Source: Chrysomallon squamiferum (Eukaryota; Animalia; Mollusca). From it: a DNA stretch of 64,000 bases. The DNA is taken from the NCBI GenBank assembly GCA_012295275.1, contig CM022679.1, positions 30,442,001-30,506,000 on the forward strand, in the 5' to 3' direction. A program made the position numbers and the translations under genes. This document shows positions 42,413 through 56,478 of the stretch, one piece after another; the first letter of the stretch is position 1; every line of letters begins with the position of its first letter. Under the pieces are notes generated by a model that worked only from the letters and a program-made list of their open reading frames with translations, searched no databases and was not told the DNA's origin.

Positions 42413-43064
42413 TGCAAGTACAGACGAACTACGGCAGATTTAACAACACATCCGTTCTTCTCTGAGCACAGCGCAACACACGAGAAGACGACGTTAACTA
42501 CGACGAATCTCTTACACACTTTGTTTTAATGACCGGGCTGCGTAAACATCAGCCAAGCGCTGAATAAACACGGCGATACCAGCTCGTTTTATAACCCACA
42601 CTTCACGTTAACAGCGGCCCGGTCCTGTTTCGTTGAAGCTAAAACGCACACCGCGAGCACTGAAGTTGATCAGAAAACACTCCACTTTGACTTTAAAAAC
42701 AAACCCCCCTACCCTCCCCCGTCACAGAAACCTCTGCTTAGTGAACCGAAACGCTTTAATACCGTATTAAATTGATGTCAGACTTCTAGGGCAGAGTTAA
42801 TTAATCTATTTTTTTTTTTTTTTTTTTTGCTTCCTTTATTACAGACGTCGAGCTTTTTGTGTCTTTTTTTCCATTTTTTTATTATTATTATTATTTTTTT
42901 TTTTACAAAGCAGAAGTATGTGATTGTTGGGTTTGCTGTATAAAGAATTTAATAACTGATTTTTATTTTGTCAACACAGCTAATGTTTCTTCTTCTTCTG
43001 ACGTTTACTGTTCAGAATAACAGCAACAGCGACTGTTATTTATAGAAATAATAGCTTTACAACA

Positions 43065-43373
43065 ACAACTAGGGCAACTGCTTCTGCTGATACTACAACT
43101 ACTACTGCTGTAACAACAACAACAACAACAATAACAACAACTACTACTTTAACGATTACTGCTATTGCTGCTACTCTTGCTACTAGTATTAACTACTGCG
43201 GCTTCTACCACCGTTTCTGCTACGACTACAACTACCACCACTGCTACTATTATTACCACTATCGCTAAACCTACAACAACAACAGTAATCACTACCACTA
43301 CTACAACAACCACTAATATTATTTCTAATACTACCATTAATGCTAGGACTCCCACTAATACTACAACAACGAT

Positions 43374-43468
<95 letters not shown>

Positions 43469-43500
43469 TTATAACAACCCTTTCTATTGCCACTACCTCT
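43065..43500. repeat. Compound (ACT/ACA)n array
   Basis: Direct reading. Gives the poly-Thr/poly-Val ORFs. Confidence 0.88.
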
Positions 43501-43841
43501 GGTTCTGTTATTGCCAAAGAGACAATTAAAACAGCGCCTCTGTAGAAATTTCCCCATTTAAACAACAGATATTGTGTCGAGCCTATTTCATAAACACTTG
43601 CATCATTTAATTGAAAATTAACTTTACGCCTGTCACGGGCAAACAACTGACTATGCAGTGGTGAGTTTCCAGAAACGACACGCTGATGCTCAAATTGTTC
43701 TGTACGGAACGTCAAAACCAATAAGAGTTAGTAAACCTTCAAACTTCATAAATAGTAAAGAGAAAAATGAAAAAGTTCTGATAGTGTAAAAGTGCAGTGT
43801 AGGTATTTTGGCACTGTTACAAGTACATTTAGACAGAACAA

Positions 43842-43876
<35 letters not shown>

Positions 43877-44391
43877 TCATTTGGTGTTTAAGCAAAATCC
43901 AGTTCTCACGTCTCTGCAGAAATTGTCGAGTCAGTGGAAAAATTTCATCATTTAAGTATCTGACGTAATCACTGCAGAAGTTGTCTCCCTTGAAAATTGG
44001 GCAAGTTAGAGTTATTTACCTTGAACATTTTTTTTTTTAAGTGGAAAAACAAATTCGAAATATAAAATAGTGTATTTTTTTTTTCATTCTTATCAATACA
44101 ATACGTCTGCTACTTCCAGTACCTACTACCACAACAACAACTACTTCTACTATTACACCTACTGCTGCTATTATTACTACTGTTACAATAACCACTACAT
44201 CAGCTACTGCAATTACTACTACTACTACTACAACTACTACTATTACTTCTCCTATTACGATAGAACGATAATAATTACTACTAATAGTGCAACCACTACT
44301 ACTACTAATAATAATAATTCGATTATAAGTTTTATTTTGTTCTAAATATTTATTATGTGAGGAAAATTATTATAGATCAAAATGTTGTAAC

Positions 44392-44495
<104 letters not shown>

Positions 44496-45466
44496 GAGAG
44501 AATGAGACAACGAGAAAGATATATAGAGAGAGAGTGAGTGGGAGAAAGAGACAGTGAAATGTATCCTATCTACCTACATAATATATATATATACAAAGGG
44601 GAGAGAGAGAGAGAACGAGAAAGAAATAGAAACACACACATATACACACTCATATAGCAAGCGAGCAACTATTATTAAAAAAACCTTAATAAAAACAGGA
44701 CACAAAAAAAAAAAAAAAAATCGCATTTCCACACTCAGTAACCTTTTGAAAAAAAAAAAAAAAAAAAAAAAGTAGAAAGTGAGAAAGAGAAAGGATAGAA
44801 AATAAGATAATCGTGTGAAGTGAACAAAGAGAAACAAACACCCACTGCTCCTCTAGATGTGTCCTAGTACACGCGACCTGCGACAAGAATAAAAAGATAA
44901 GTAAAATCTACATTGAGAGTCGGTGTGAACGCTTCGCATGAAGACTGGTCAGGGCGTGGTCAGGGCGTGTGCAGCTTAACACAGATAGGTATCGGAGTAC
45001 GCCTAGTTTATCTGCTGTAATTTAATAATCCACCCATGTTCCGTACATCCATTAGAAAGCAGCAGAGATGTCGCTTTACTTTCTGTTTCAACCCGTGTAT
45101 TCATTTCAAAGGTTTTGAAAATGCGGCGACTTAGTGCAGAACATCGTATATATATATATATACATGTTGTTTGTTAAATTATATCTCCAACTGACTGACT
45201 GTCTGTTTATAGTTAATATGGATGGCTGTTGCAGTGCCAGTATATATATATATATATAAGTTTAACCGACTGTTTGTTAGAACCATTCTTTGCTAAAAAT
45301 AAAGTAGGTTTTCACCATGAAAAGTATAACCTTGGAAATTTATGAAAACCTTCTGTTCTAACTTTTGTTATTTTCTTAAATATAAAGATAAGAAAGAAAA
45401 AAAAAATATATATATATTCACAAAAATAATAACGGACAACTAGTTATTGTCTTTATTTATTTATTA

Positions 45467-45504
<38 letters not shown>

Positions 45505-47193
45505 TACATTTGTAAGCACGACACAGCACTGCAAGTTCACGAAGAAAGAAGTAATATTAACAGCCTACATATATCGCCGTAGTCTGCTACATTTATCAAA
45601 CAGTGGTCTCAAGACACAGATAGAAATGTAGAGTATTTACAATTAAAATAGAGGTTTTTCGTTATCTGTTCTCTCAGCGGGTAGCTCCAGCGAGGTAATT
45701 TTCCTTCTGTGTTTGCATCGTTTTTCTAATTTTCTGGCTGGAAAATCGGATTACAGAAACTTTATCAAGCCGATTTTGTCTTATTGAGTTAGAATTAGAT
45801 TGTGTTCGTGAAGGCAACTGGGCATTTTCTCATTTGTTGTTGTTGTTGTTGTTGTTGCTCTTCTTCTTATTGCTATTATTATTTTTGTTGTTGTTGCTGT
45901 TGTTATAATTATTATTGTCATTATTAATATTATTGTTGTTATTATTATTATTTTCATTATCGTTGTTGTATTGTTGTTGTTGTTATTATTATTGCTGTTG
46001 TCACAAATGGTGAAAGAGTTAATATTTAAGCTTCAACTATATACATCATCCATCATCTAATACTGACAAGATGAACGACAACAGCAACATGTAAATAACA
46101 ACTACAGCGACAGTCAAATATATATATATATATATATATATACATACATAAAACACATTTGGTTATCAACACATCAAAATACGCCTGTCATTTATCAAAT
46201 GATACATAAAATATCAGTCGAAAATTATTATCAGTATTAATATATATTTTTTTCTACATTTTTTTCATATCTTCATTATTATGATTATTATTTATAGAAA
46301 ATATTTTTTTGTTTTTTGTTCGTGGAATCTTTTTTTTTTTTTTTTTTTTTTTTTTATCAAGATCAAGCAAGTCTCAGCTATTCAGCTCATTCAGAGACAT
46401 CCAGCAATTTCTCTGCTACCAGTGTAGATACTTAAAAGCTTCTGATCTTTATCGACAGAACGATTTCGTTTTACAAGTGTATGTTTAAATATGAATTTAA
46501 ATTATTCACAAAGCAGTTTGACGACGACTCTCAATCTAAATCTCATCGCTGCTGTTTTATCCGGCGATCTGCAGAGTTTGAATTTTAGAGATGAAAATCA
46601 GAGAGGGAAAAAAAAAAAAAAAAAAAAGAGAGAGAGAGAGAGAAAAAATGATTTCACCCATTTTTCATGCCATTAAGAAAGAAAGAAAAAAAAAAAAAAA
46701 AAACGTCTGTTTTTATGTCTGTCTGCTGAAAATATGCGTGTCTGAAATTTAATAATGTCTCCGCAAGCAGATTATTATTATCATCACCATCTTCATCATC
46801 ATCATCATTATTATTAATATTATTATATTATTATTATCATCATCATCATCATCAGTAAAGAGTTATTTTATGTACATATTATTGTTATTAATAATAATCA
46901 TAATAATAATAATCATCATCATCATTTCATCATCATCATCATCATCTTCTTCTTCTTCGTCTCAGGGGGAATCAAAATATTCCGCTGTCTTTCAGACGTG
47001 CTCGACCCGCCCCTGTCTCGAATGTTTAAAATGATTTTCTCTTCCCAGTACTTTTAATGCTCTGGGGAATAAAGACATGGAATCTAATTAGAAAATCACA
47101 CTTTGCTCGGCGAGGCTAGTATTAAACGAAACCCAGAAAGCTATATATATATATATACATAAAAAATAAAAAAGAGATAATATGAGGGAAAGG

Positions 47194-47248
<55 letters not shown>

Positions 47249-47286
47249 CAACAAAGTAGGAATAATATCAAAAAAAAAAAAAATAA

Positions 47287-47329
<43 letters not shown>

Positions 47330-48624
47330 AAAAAATAAAAAATAAATCTACAGCCAGTTGCCTTGACCCACTTCTTTTGTTGGTTCTGTAGGTTGACGAA
47401 GGTAAATAGGTGCTTTGACAGGTCGCAGGTCAGCTATAAAGAGAAAGGTCGAAATCGGAGCAAATGATCAATCACGGGGCGCTATCTGCCAGGTTTTTGT
47501 TGGCGGTGAAATACATGTTTATAAATCAGTTAATGTCGCGGGTTTATCGCGGTTTTCCCCGGTGGTCTCGCCTCCTCGCCGACTTCCGCTCAGACAGGGA
47601 CCTATAATTAGTCCTTTTTCTTTTTCTTTCCTTCTTTCCTTCTTTTTTTTTTCTTTTTTTTTTAATTTTTCGTCTGTGAACAGACAAACAATGAAGCTCC
47701 AACGTGATGCTTCTGCTTTTTACAATCGCAAGATCTAATTACTAACTGCTAACCTTTCAGCACCTGATTAAATCAAAGGCTATGGTATGTGTGTGTGTGT
47801 TTTTTTTTTTTCTTCGTTTTTTTTTTGTGTTTCTTTTTAATGTTTTTTTTTAATGTTTGTTTTCTTCTTGTGTATTTCTTTGCTGCCGTTTTAATGCAGT
47901 AGTCTTGTTTGTATCAGGTTGTCTGTTTGATAACGTTAATTTCTGCTGATATTAAAAAAAAGTGGCTATCTTTTAAATCGTTTCAGCAGTGCAATTATAT
48001 AAAGTCGTATCTTGCCGAACGTTTTAATACTACACACCCTTATCCAGCAGACAAACTGCAGATACGTGCTCTGTTCACACGCGTAGATGAATCACTGGTA
48101 AATATGCATCAGGGAGGAGTATGACTAATCCGAGGTGGATAGAGAAATTAAAAAAAACAAAAACAAGTCAACCCTGAAATCAAACTATATCCGTTGTATT
48201 GAAAAGAAAAGAAAAATAATAATAATTCACCCACGCCAAAGAAATTGAACAAACAACAATAAAAAATTCCACCCCCTCAAAAAAAGAAAGAAAAGAAAAA
48301 CAACCAGCAACCAAATAAGGAAAAATAAAAATAAAAACAAATAAAAATATAAAAAAACAAACAACAAACAAACAAACAAAAACAGCTGACAAACAAAAAA
48401 GATCAGCAAGAGCAACAAGAAAAACAAAGCTCCTAAAACAACTACCCCAAAATCCACAAAACAAACAAAACAAAACAAAACAAAACAACCGAACAACAGC
48501 AGCAACAACAACATCCGTAACAACGGTTTCTATCACTAGATTACAATAATTATGATTAATATATACAAATATATATATATGTTTCTTTTTTTTTTATAAA
48601 AGAAAGTATCTTGAAATAATACAT

Positions 48625-48659
<35 letters not shown>

Positions 48660-48738
48660 ATAATAATAATAATAAAATATAATAAAATAAAATAAAAAAA
48701 GATTCAGTACAATTAACACATTTCTCTAACATTTTCAG

Positions 48739-49336
48739 ACTCAGAATAAAGAAGTTGACTTCAGAAACGACACAAAACCGTCTCAGCGACTCCAACCGGC
48801 TTCAACCGACAGCGAAGAAGAAGAAACGAACATTGACAAGATTCTGTGCGAGTACTACAGCCCCTGGACCAAGTGGTCTCGCTGCAACCGGAAGTGCGAG
48901 CAGTCACGTGTCCGTCGTTGCAGACGGCCGAACGAGTGCGGCCGGAGTTGGCTGAAGGAGAAGAGGACGTGCAAGAGACGACGCGGACACTGCTCGGTGC
49001 TGTCGTACAAGGTGATAGGATTCAGAAAGCAGAACCGGGTGGTGGAGCAGCTGCTCTACGACCTCCTGTACAACGCGTGGACGCCGTGGAGCACGTGCAC
49101 GCGCGCGTGCAAGCAGAGGAGGCGCAGGAAGTGCGCCGTGGGAAACATCTGCCGCGACAGCTACATCCAAGAAGAGCGACGCTGTCACGTGAAGGGTTCC
49201 AAGTGCGAGCGGCGGTACATGCTGAAACCCGTGGGAAAGGACGACAGAGACGTCGTGATCGCTCCGTCGGGAAATGTCGTCATCGACGACGACGGCGGCG
49301 AAACCGCAACGACGGGGCAAAGACTGAAACATGGAA
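48739..49336 (+). CDS. TSP1-repeat trypsin-like serine protease, exon 2 (acidic linker and two TSP1-like repeats)
   Basis: Acceptor ctctaacattttcag ends at 48738; an in-frame alternative cag ends at 48744. Open frame TQNKEVDF...YSPWTKWSRCNRKCEQSRVRRC...KEKRTC...YNAWTPWSTCTRACKQRRRRKC...QEERRC shows the WxxWSxC..C..RxRxC TSP1 pattern twice. Donor A|gtaagt at 49337, phase 1. Confidence 0.88.
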
Positions 49337-50295
49337 GTAAGTGTGATTGCTAAGGTCAGGGAAAAGGTGTGTAAATAGTCGAGTTTGGAGACATAACATG
49401 TAAAAGCGAAAACAAAACAATCGTGCAGTTTGGGATTACAATATTAAGTTGGCGAGATTTGTGTTCAAATTATTTTTTTTTTTGTCATAGATATGTAAAT
49501 TATTCTAAACACCTACCTACACATACTTTAATATTTACGTATTCATTCATGCAAACATCCATACTCATTCAAACATAAATACATATACACAAATATACAC
49601 ACTCACACACAGACATAGACATACATAAATACATACATAATACACACATCCATCCATTCACCATTCATACAAACATTTACAAAACATCGTTATAATAATA
49701 ATAATACACAGCTGAATTTAACATCTTCCTGAAAGTAACTGTCAGAATTGCGTGTGTCTCTTTCTTGCTAAAACTCAATACCGAGACTTTTTATGAAGGC
49801 CTCTGATGTAAACGATTTCTGATAGAGGCTGCACCACTGTGTTTGTTCTGCCTCTCACGGAGACACAACACAAACACAGTGAAAGGCCAAGGTTAACACA
49901 GCAGAGAAATTTGGCAGCCATCAAACACGCTGGAGAAATCTAGTCACAGAAATAGAAAATGCCACAGATAAAAATAATAACTTGTATTTGTCGAATCCTT
50001 GAAACGAAATTCTCTGGCGACTTTTACTCTTGATTGGGAAAAAAAGAGGTGAAATTAGCGGAGCTGACTTGGGTTTTGGGGAGAGGTGTGAATTGGTGGG
50101 GGAAGGGTTAAAAATGGTGGGGGTTGGGCAAAACGGGGAGATGGATGTGTTAATAATAAATTTATTTTAAAATAACAGCTGCAGTATTGTCACTGTTGAT
50201 TGTGCTGTTAATGGTAGTTCATATAGGATAGAAAACTTAGATTCGTAGTAACAGTGACCGTGATAGTGAAAGAAAAGAAGAATTGCAGTCTAGTG

Positions 50296-50334
<39 letters not shown>

Positions 50335-50656
50335 ATACTAGTAGAAGCAATAGTAGAACTGCAGAAACAATAGTACTAGTGGTTGTAGCAGGAGCAACAG
50401 CAGCAGAAGCAGCAGCAGTAGTAGTAGTAGCAGTAGTAGTAGTAGAATTAGAAATATTTGTTGTAATAGTAGTAGCAGCAATAGCAGCAGCAGTAGCAAC
50501 ATTAGCAGCAGTTATATGTCAAATAAATAATCGGAGAATGCATGGCACCAGAAATATAAATAACAGAAAAGATCTAAAATGTTTTAGTTCAGATCAATAA
50601 AAAGAAATGTTATTGCTGTTTCCTTGTTTTTACAAAGCTGAAGTTTGTTGTTGCAG

Positions 50657-50787
50657 AAAAGAAAAGAGAAAAAACCAAAACACCAGAAGACGTGGCCAGC
50701 ACGTGCGGAATTCGCCCTTCAAACGTTTCCGGTTCATATCGTATAGTTGGAGGTCAGGAGTCTCAACCCGGAAGTTGGCCTTGGCAG
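50657..50787 (+). CDS. TSP1-repeat trypsin-like serine protease, exon 3 (activation peptide)
   Basis: Acceptor ttgttgttgcag ends at 50656. Phase-1 join gives KKKREKTKTPEDVASTCGIRPSNVSGSYR|IVGGQESQPGSWPWQ, with the canonical R-IVGG zymogen site and the interchain Cys (CG). Donor CAG|gtttgt at 50788, phase 0. Confidence 0.93.
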
Positions 50788-51056
50788 GTTTGTAATTCCT
50801 CATTTTTATTTAGAGCATTAAGCTTTGCTTTCGTTCCAGTACAGTCCTGCTCAGTAGATTATGTTTCTCAGTCGCAGATCGATAAAACAATTGTGAAAAG
50901 GTTTCTGTTTCGTGTTATAAATATTCTCAAAACAAACAATTTCTATGTCCTACAAAACATTCATGGAAAAAAAATGTATCGAGCTTTTTAAAACCTTCGT
51001 TCATTAAATGTTAATTTAAAATTTTATTAACTGATTGAGAATAATAAGGAAGGAGA

Positions 51057-51171
<115 letters not shown>

Positions 51172-52143
51172 GGGGTTAATGTAAAACAGAGACAGAACGA
51201 TACAGAGAGTGTACGAGAAATTTATGGTGCGCACGAGTTATATTTAATCTTTATTTATTACGTGCTAGTTTTCTGTTCTGAATAGCTGGCAAGCTAAATA
51301 AATTGATAAGGCTTGGATTTCAAGACATAACCAGGGTTAACCGTGTCGTGTTGCAGGGAACTTTTAACCGTTTTCATCGACTCCGTATTTCGCGCGACAT
51401 AACGTGCTAACTAATTACAAAGGAAACCCAACTGATAAAATATTTTCTGTGTTTCTTGTCACCTGTGTCAGTGCTATCAACAGCGAATAAATCCAGACTT
51501 TCTGGCAAGGCGCGTTATCACGATGCGTCTCTCTGAAACGATTTCTAGACTTTGTTGCTAGCAACACGCAGTTGGTCTTGAATCAGTCAAAATTCTTTGA
51601 AATTCACTAATTTGAGATTCAGATAATTTATAGTTAGTGTCTGATGTTGAACTTTAAATAAAGCGAAGGCTGAAGAATAATTATTTCGTAGAAGACGATC
51701 TTTCAAAATTCTTTTTTCCGTGATACATTTATTTGTACGCCAGTTTATTACATTTGGAATTGTTGATCACTCAGTCAGATGTTTCAAGATCTGTTTTAGT
51801 CTTCTTAAACTTGGAATACTTTTATGTCGTCGGTGAAAAATAAAGTCCCCACCCCGTAGTAGTGACCCTCCTGTGTACGATGATGCAGATTAACTGCAGC
51901 TTTGACTCAGTGATTTCAGACACTACTTCGTTACAGTTAGGTCTGAGATGTGAAATTATAATCTAGAAAGAATCACTTCTTTAACATACACTGTTTACGT
52001 AATTCAGAGATAACCAGCAGTAAGAAAAATAAAAAATTAAGTAACGACTCTGAAAATGTCTTCCTTTCATTACTGCAACATCGCCGTCAGTGAAAAAAAA
52101 AAACCTTTGCCTGTTTATAAAATTTAGGTTTGTGTTGTTTCAG

Positions 52144-52827
52144 GTTGCTATTCTCACGCGCTGGGAGGAACAGTACTGCGGAGGAACTCTGATCGCGCCT
52201 CGCTGGGTGCTCACCGCTGCTCACTGCATTCGCAAAAAAGGGCGGAAACGACGGATCCTGATCCGACTCGGCGAGCACGAGTTCCACAAGACCGAGGGGA
52301 CGGAGGACACGATTCGTCCGGAGTCCAGGGACTTCCCCCACCCTCACTTCAACTACGCCACCATCACCAACGACATCGCCCTCGTCAAACTGAAGCGTCC
52401 GGCCAAGGGCGGAGTCCCGGTCGGGTTCGCGTGCCTCCCCGGGGACCGCGACGCGCGGCCGTTCAGGAAGTGCTTCACTGTCGGGTGGGGCAAGACGAAG
52501 AACACGCACATCTACGGATCCTCGACGCTGCAGGAGGCGCGCGTGCCGCTCGTCAACTACAAGCGCTGCCGCAAGTTCTTCGACTACGACATCACCAAGA
52601 CGCAGGTGTGCGCGGGACACAGGGCGGGGCGGTTCCGGGCGGACTCGTGCGCGGGGGACAGCGGGGGCCCGCTGATGTGCTCGAAGATGGTGAACGGGAC
52701 GGAGAGGTGGTTCGTGTACGGGGTGACGAGCTACGGCGAAGGCTGCGCGAGAAGAGGCAAGCTGGGGATCTACACCAAAGTGAGCAGCTACCTCAAGTGG
52801 ATTCACAAAACGATCGCGGAACATTAA
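52144..52827 (+). CDS. TSP1-repeat trypsin-like serine protease, exon 4 (S1A catalytic domain)
   Basis: Acceptor ttgtttcag ends at 52143. YCGGTLI, TAAHC (His57), NDIAL (Asp102), FACLP, VGWG, DSCAGDSGGPL (Asp189 trypsin pocket, Ser195), VTSYGEGC, GIYTKVSSYLKWI. TAA at 52825-52827. Confidence 0.97.
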   Translation, partial: VAILTRWEEQYCGGTLIAPRWVLTAAHCIRKKGRKRRILIRLGEHEFHKTEGTEDTIRPESRDFPHPHFNYATITNDIALVKLKRPAKGGVPVGFACLPGDRDARPFRKCFTVGWGKTKNTHIYGSSTLQEARVPLVNYKRCRKFFDYDITKTQVCAGHRAGRFRADSCAGDSGGPLMCSKMVNGTERWFVYGVTSYGEGCARRGKLGIYTKVSSYLKWIHKTIAEH

Positions 52828-54295
52828 AAACAAAAAAACAAACGTAACGGGTTAATAATAAATGTGACTTTTTTTTTGTCGGCAGGTATAAATGATGAAC
52901 AATAAAATGGCAGCGATGGATAAAGAAAAGGGTGAAAAGTTGATGCGTATGCTGTCTTCTTTCAGGGGCTGAAAATAGTCTTTATTTATTTTAAATCTTG
53001 TATTCATTTTCGTTGTTTGATTTGATTTGATTTGAGTTGAAATTTTTTTTTTTTTTTTTGTGCTCAGAGCTATTTTTACAATGATATGGATCGAGAAGGA
53101 TTCGAGTGTGAACAAATAACTTGGTTATCTCACATGGTTTATGATAATAATAGTAAAAAATACTGAACTTTACAGAAAAAGAAGATCGATTGCATCAGTG
53201 ATTCGCTTTGCTCACGTGTTTTCTAAACAAACAAACAAACAAACAAATAAACGATAGTAATTTTTTATTTTAGAAAACACAAAACAGTTGCACTAGTGAA
53301 TCGTTCTGGTTTTCGTGTTTCCAGTTTATGGAAAAGGGCAAACAAGAGTGTTAATGACAATCTGAAATTCTTGTGTACAGGGCTGAACTTATTCTGACTG
53401 AGCCAGTATATAGCGTGCGTGTGTCAACAGTGGTACAAACTTTATTCTCCACATTTCCAGAATACAGCTGGTACTGACTTGTCTTCTGTTCCAAAGGATT
53501 TAAAACATACTGCAAAGAAAACGAAGAAAACAAAAACAACGCCCTCCAAAAAATCCTAATCTCCAACACCATCAAAAAAAGAAAGAAAATCAGTGAGAAG
53601 GATTTCCGTTATAAACAAAAGTTTCAGAAATAAATAAATAAATATATAAATATATATATATATATATGATGAAAGGAAAAATGACTGGTACTGAAATTTA
53701 TTTTTTTCCCTATCTACATTTTATTATTATCAATGTACATTCTTCGGATAATGAAACGTTGTTTGGCTATCGTGATATTTCGCATTCATAGATTTAGCAG
53801 TACCAAAAAAAAAAAAAAAACGTTTATATATATATGTTTATGTATGTACGTATGTATGTATGTATCTATGTTTATCTGTCCGCGCCAAGCAGAATTTAAT
53901 TTCCATATTTTTTTTGTTTGTTTTTTTTGTTCTTGTCATTTATGGCTGTGTGTATTCGACTGCTAAACATGATGAACCAGTCTATACGATGGTGCAGAAG
54001 AAAGTTGGAATCATTTCAGGGATGAAGTCGAAATTCGGTCTGCGAGCTTTTAATGTTTACTTTAATGGTTTTGAGTGAAGTTCATGGCAATTGTGCTGCT
54101 TTTTTTGCGATTAATCTGACAACGTTTTTCTTTGATGTTTTGCTTTCCTGCTTCAGATGAATTATTATTAATTTGAAAAAAAAAAAAAATATATTATATA
54201 CATTTTTTTTTCTTCTTCTGATTAATGTTTTACTTTCACTTGATTTATGTTTGATGTCTGACTTAGCCTCTGTTTTCCGTCTCCTTTCAGACTTG

Positions 54296-54383
<88 letters not shown>

Positions 54384-55209
54384 CCTCCATTCTTTCATTC
54401 TTTAATCTCTAGCTTCGTTCGTTTATCATTTCTCGTTTTATTTTATTTCTTAATATTTCTCTCTTTCTTTTCATTCATTCATTCATTCTTTCTTTCTTTC
54501 TTTTTCCCCTTCTTGCTCCCTCGCTGTCTTGTAGATATAATTAACATACATTATTTCAGTTAACATTTTACCCATAATAATTATAATGTTTCACTCAGAG
54601 ACACGAAATCCCATTTTGCTTGTTTTACATGGCCATTATTATTATTTTTTTTTTCTTTTCCTCGGTTTTTGATACAAAAACGGGTAGACTTTAACCAGCC
54701 GAGCAAATTATTTTTGCGTATCTGACTTGTGCGTGTCACGGCAAACACGTTTCGACATGGTTATTTGCATATTCATAAGCCAGTGCTTTTCGTTATTCCG
54801 TGATTTGTATTCCACCTCGAAGAAAGGCGATTCTTACAAGATATTCGGAGAGTGAACGTATGACTTTTTATTCCGTACCAACGGCGAAGAAATTAGACGT
54901 TATATATTATTAACCATTTTATTTGGAAAAAAAAAAAAAGTGCTTTTTATAAACTTAGTTCAAATATATGTAATATTTTAAAATTTGAAGTTTGTTAAAA
55001 AAAAAAAAAAAAAAGAAGAGGGAAAAAAAGCTGTTAAAGTTACAGTTTATGGCAACACGCGCCAAGGTGGCCCTAAAACACGGATAATTTTGATACTGGT
55101 TTATGAATATGGTGTACTTAATAACCGAAATTATTACTGTTATTGTTTGTAATATATTAACACATGCTGTGAAATTATTTTAAGTTGGGTAACATTATAT
55201 TTATTTATT

Positions 55210-55240
<31 letters not shown>

Positions 55241-55594
55241 TTATTATTATTATTATTATTTTTTTTTCTATTATTATTATTAGTATTAGTATTATTTAAA
55301 CAAAAATATATAATTGTTTTTTATCTTTATGATGTTTGTTTCATGAATTTAATAAGATATATCGTTATTAATCTTTTTTATTTTATTTATTTTTTTTTTT
55401 GAAGAGTGTTCTATAAATTTGATCTAAGCATAATTATTTATCCCACACGATTTATAAATTATATTAAAACTATTTTATTGTTATAATATTTACACATTTG
55501 TTTTATAAATTTAATCAACGCATAATTTTGAATCTGTCATCTCATATTAAGTATTTATTTTTTTTATATTTTTTTTTTTTTTTTTTTTTTTTGG

Positions 55595-55652
<58 letters not shown>

Positions 55653-55680
55653 CAACAAAGATAATATGATGCTTATTCTA

Positions 55681-55730
<50 letters not shown>

Positions 55731-55859
55731 ATTAAATTTTTTTTTTCTTTATTTTTTGATTTTTAAAAAAAAATAATTATATTTTCATGCACTGATCTAT
55801 GTTAAACTGGAACCAATCTTTCTTTTTATTTATTTATTTATTTGCCATTTATATATTGC

Positions 55860-55922
<63 letters not shown>

Positions 55923-56232
55923 ATTATTTTCTTCTTCTTTTTTTTTTTTTTTTTTTTTTTTTTTCTCGTGCGCCTCTTTTTCTTTATCTTTGTGGCGCCC
56001 CATTTTTTCAGTCTGTGGATTCGCCAGTGTTTTTATTATTTTGATTAGCTTGATCACTATTGTCTGACTGTAGACGTGTGTTGCTCTAATTGTGATAATG
56101 ATGATACATATCACACTTGTTTGGGACGGACTAAAACCCTGTGGCATAATAAAGATATGTAATACACCGAGGAAGTTTCAGTTTCGTTTTCTGATCCGTG
56201 TATAGCGTTATCATTATCTTGTGATTAGATAT

Positions 56233-56478
<246 letters not shown>

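Noticed and set aside
43165-43545. Mucin-like poly-Thr ORF; similar arrays near 19190, 21380, 42100 and 44100
   Set aside because: Equivalent arrays occur on the opposite strand (near 28975, 32545 and 50290), switch frame internally and lack splice sites, consistent with trinucleotide slippage.
47392-47401. 10-nt micro-exon-like segment (ttctgtag|GTTGACGAAG|gtaaat) in protease intron 1
   Set aside because: Splice signals look reasonable, but inclusion shifts the frame into immediate stops at both exon-2 acceptors. It could only be a poison or alternative non-coding exon, and nothing supports that.
48846-49340. Alternative-frame and antisense ORFs over the TSP1 exon
   Set aside because: Same GC-rich shadow effect. 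Only the frame in phase with 48739 and 48997 gives TSP1 motifs and compatible splice phases.
52087-52833. 248-aa antisense ORF and the 52431..52847 alternative-frame ORF over the protease exon
   Set aside because: Shadow ORFs expected from very high GC3, coextensive with the real exon and with no recognisable motifs.
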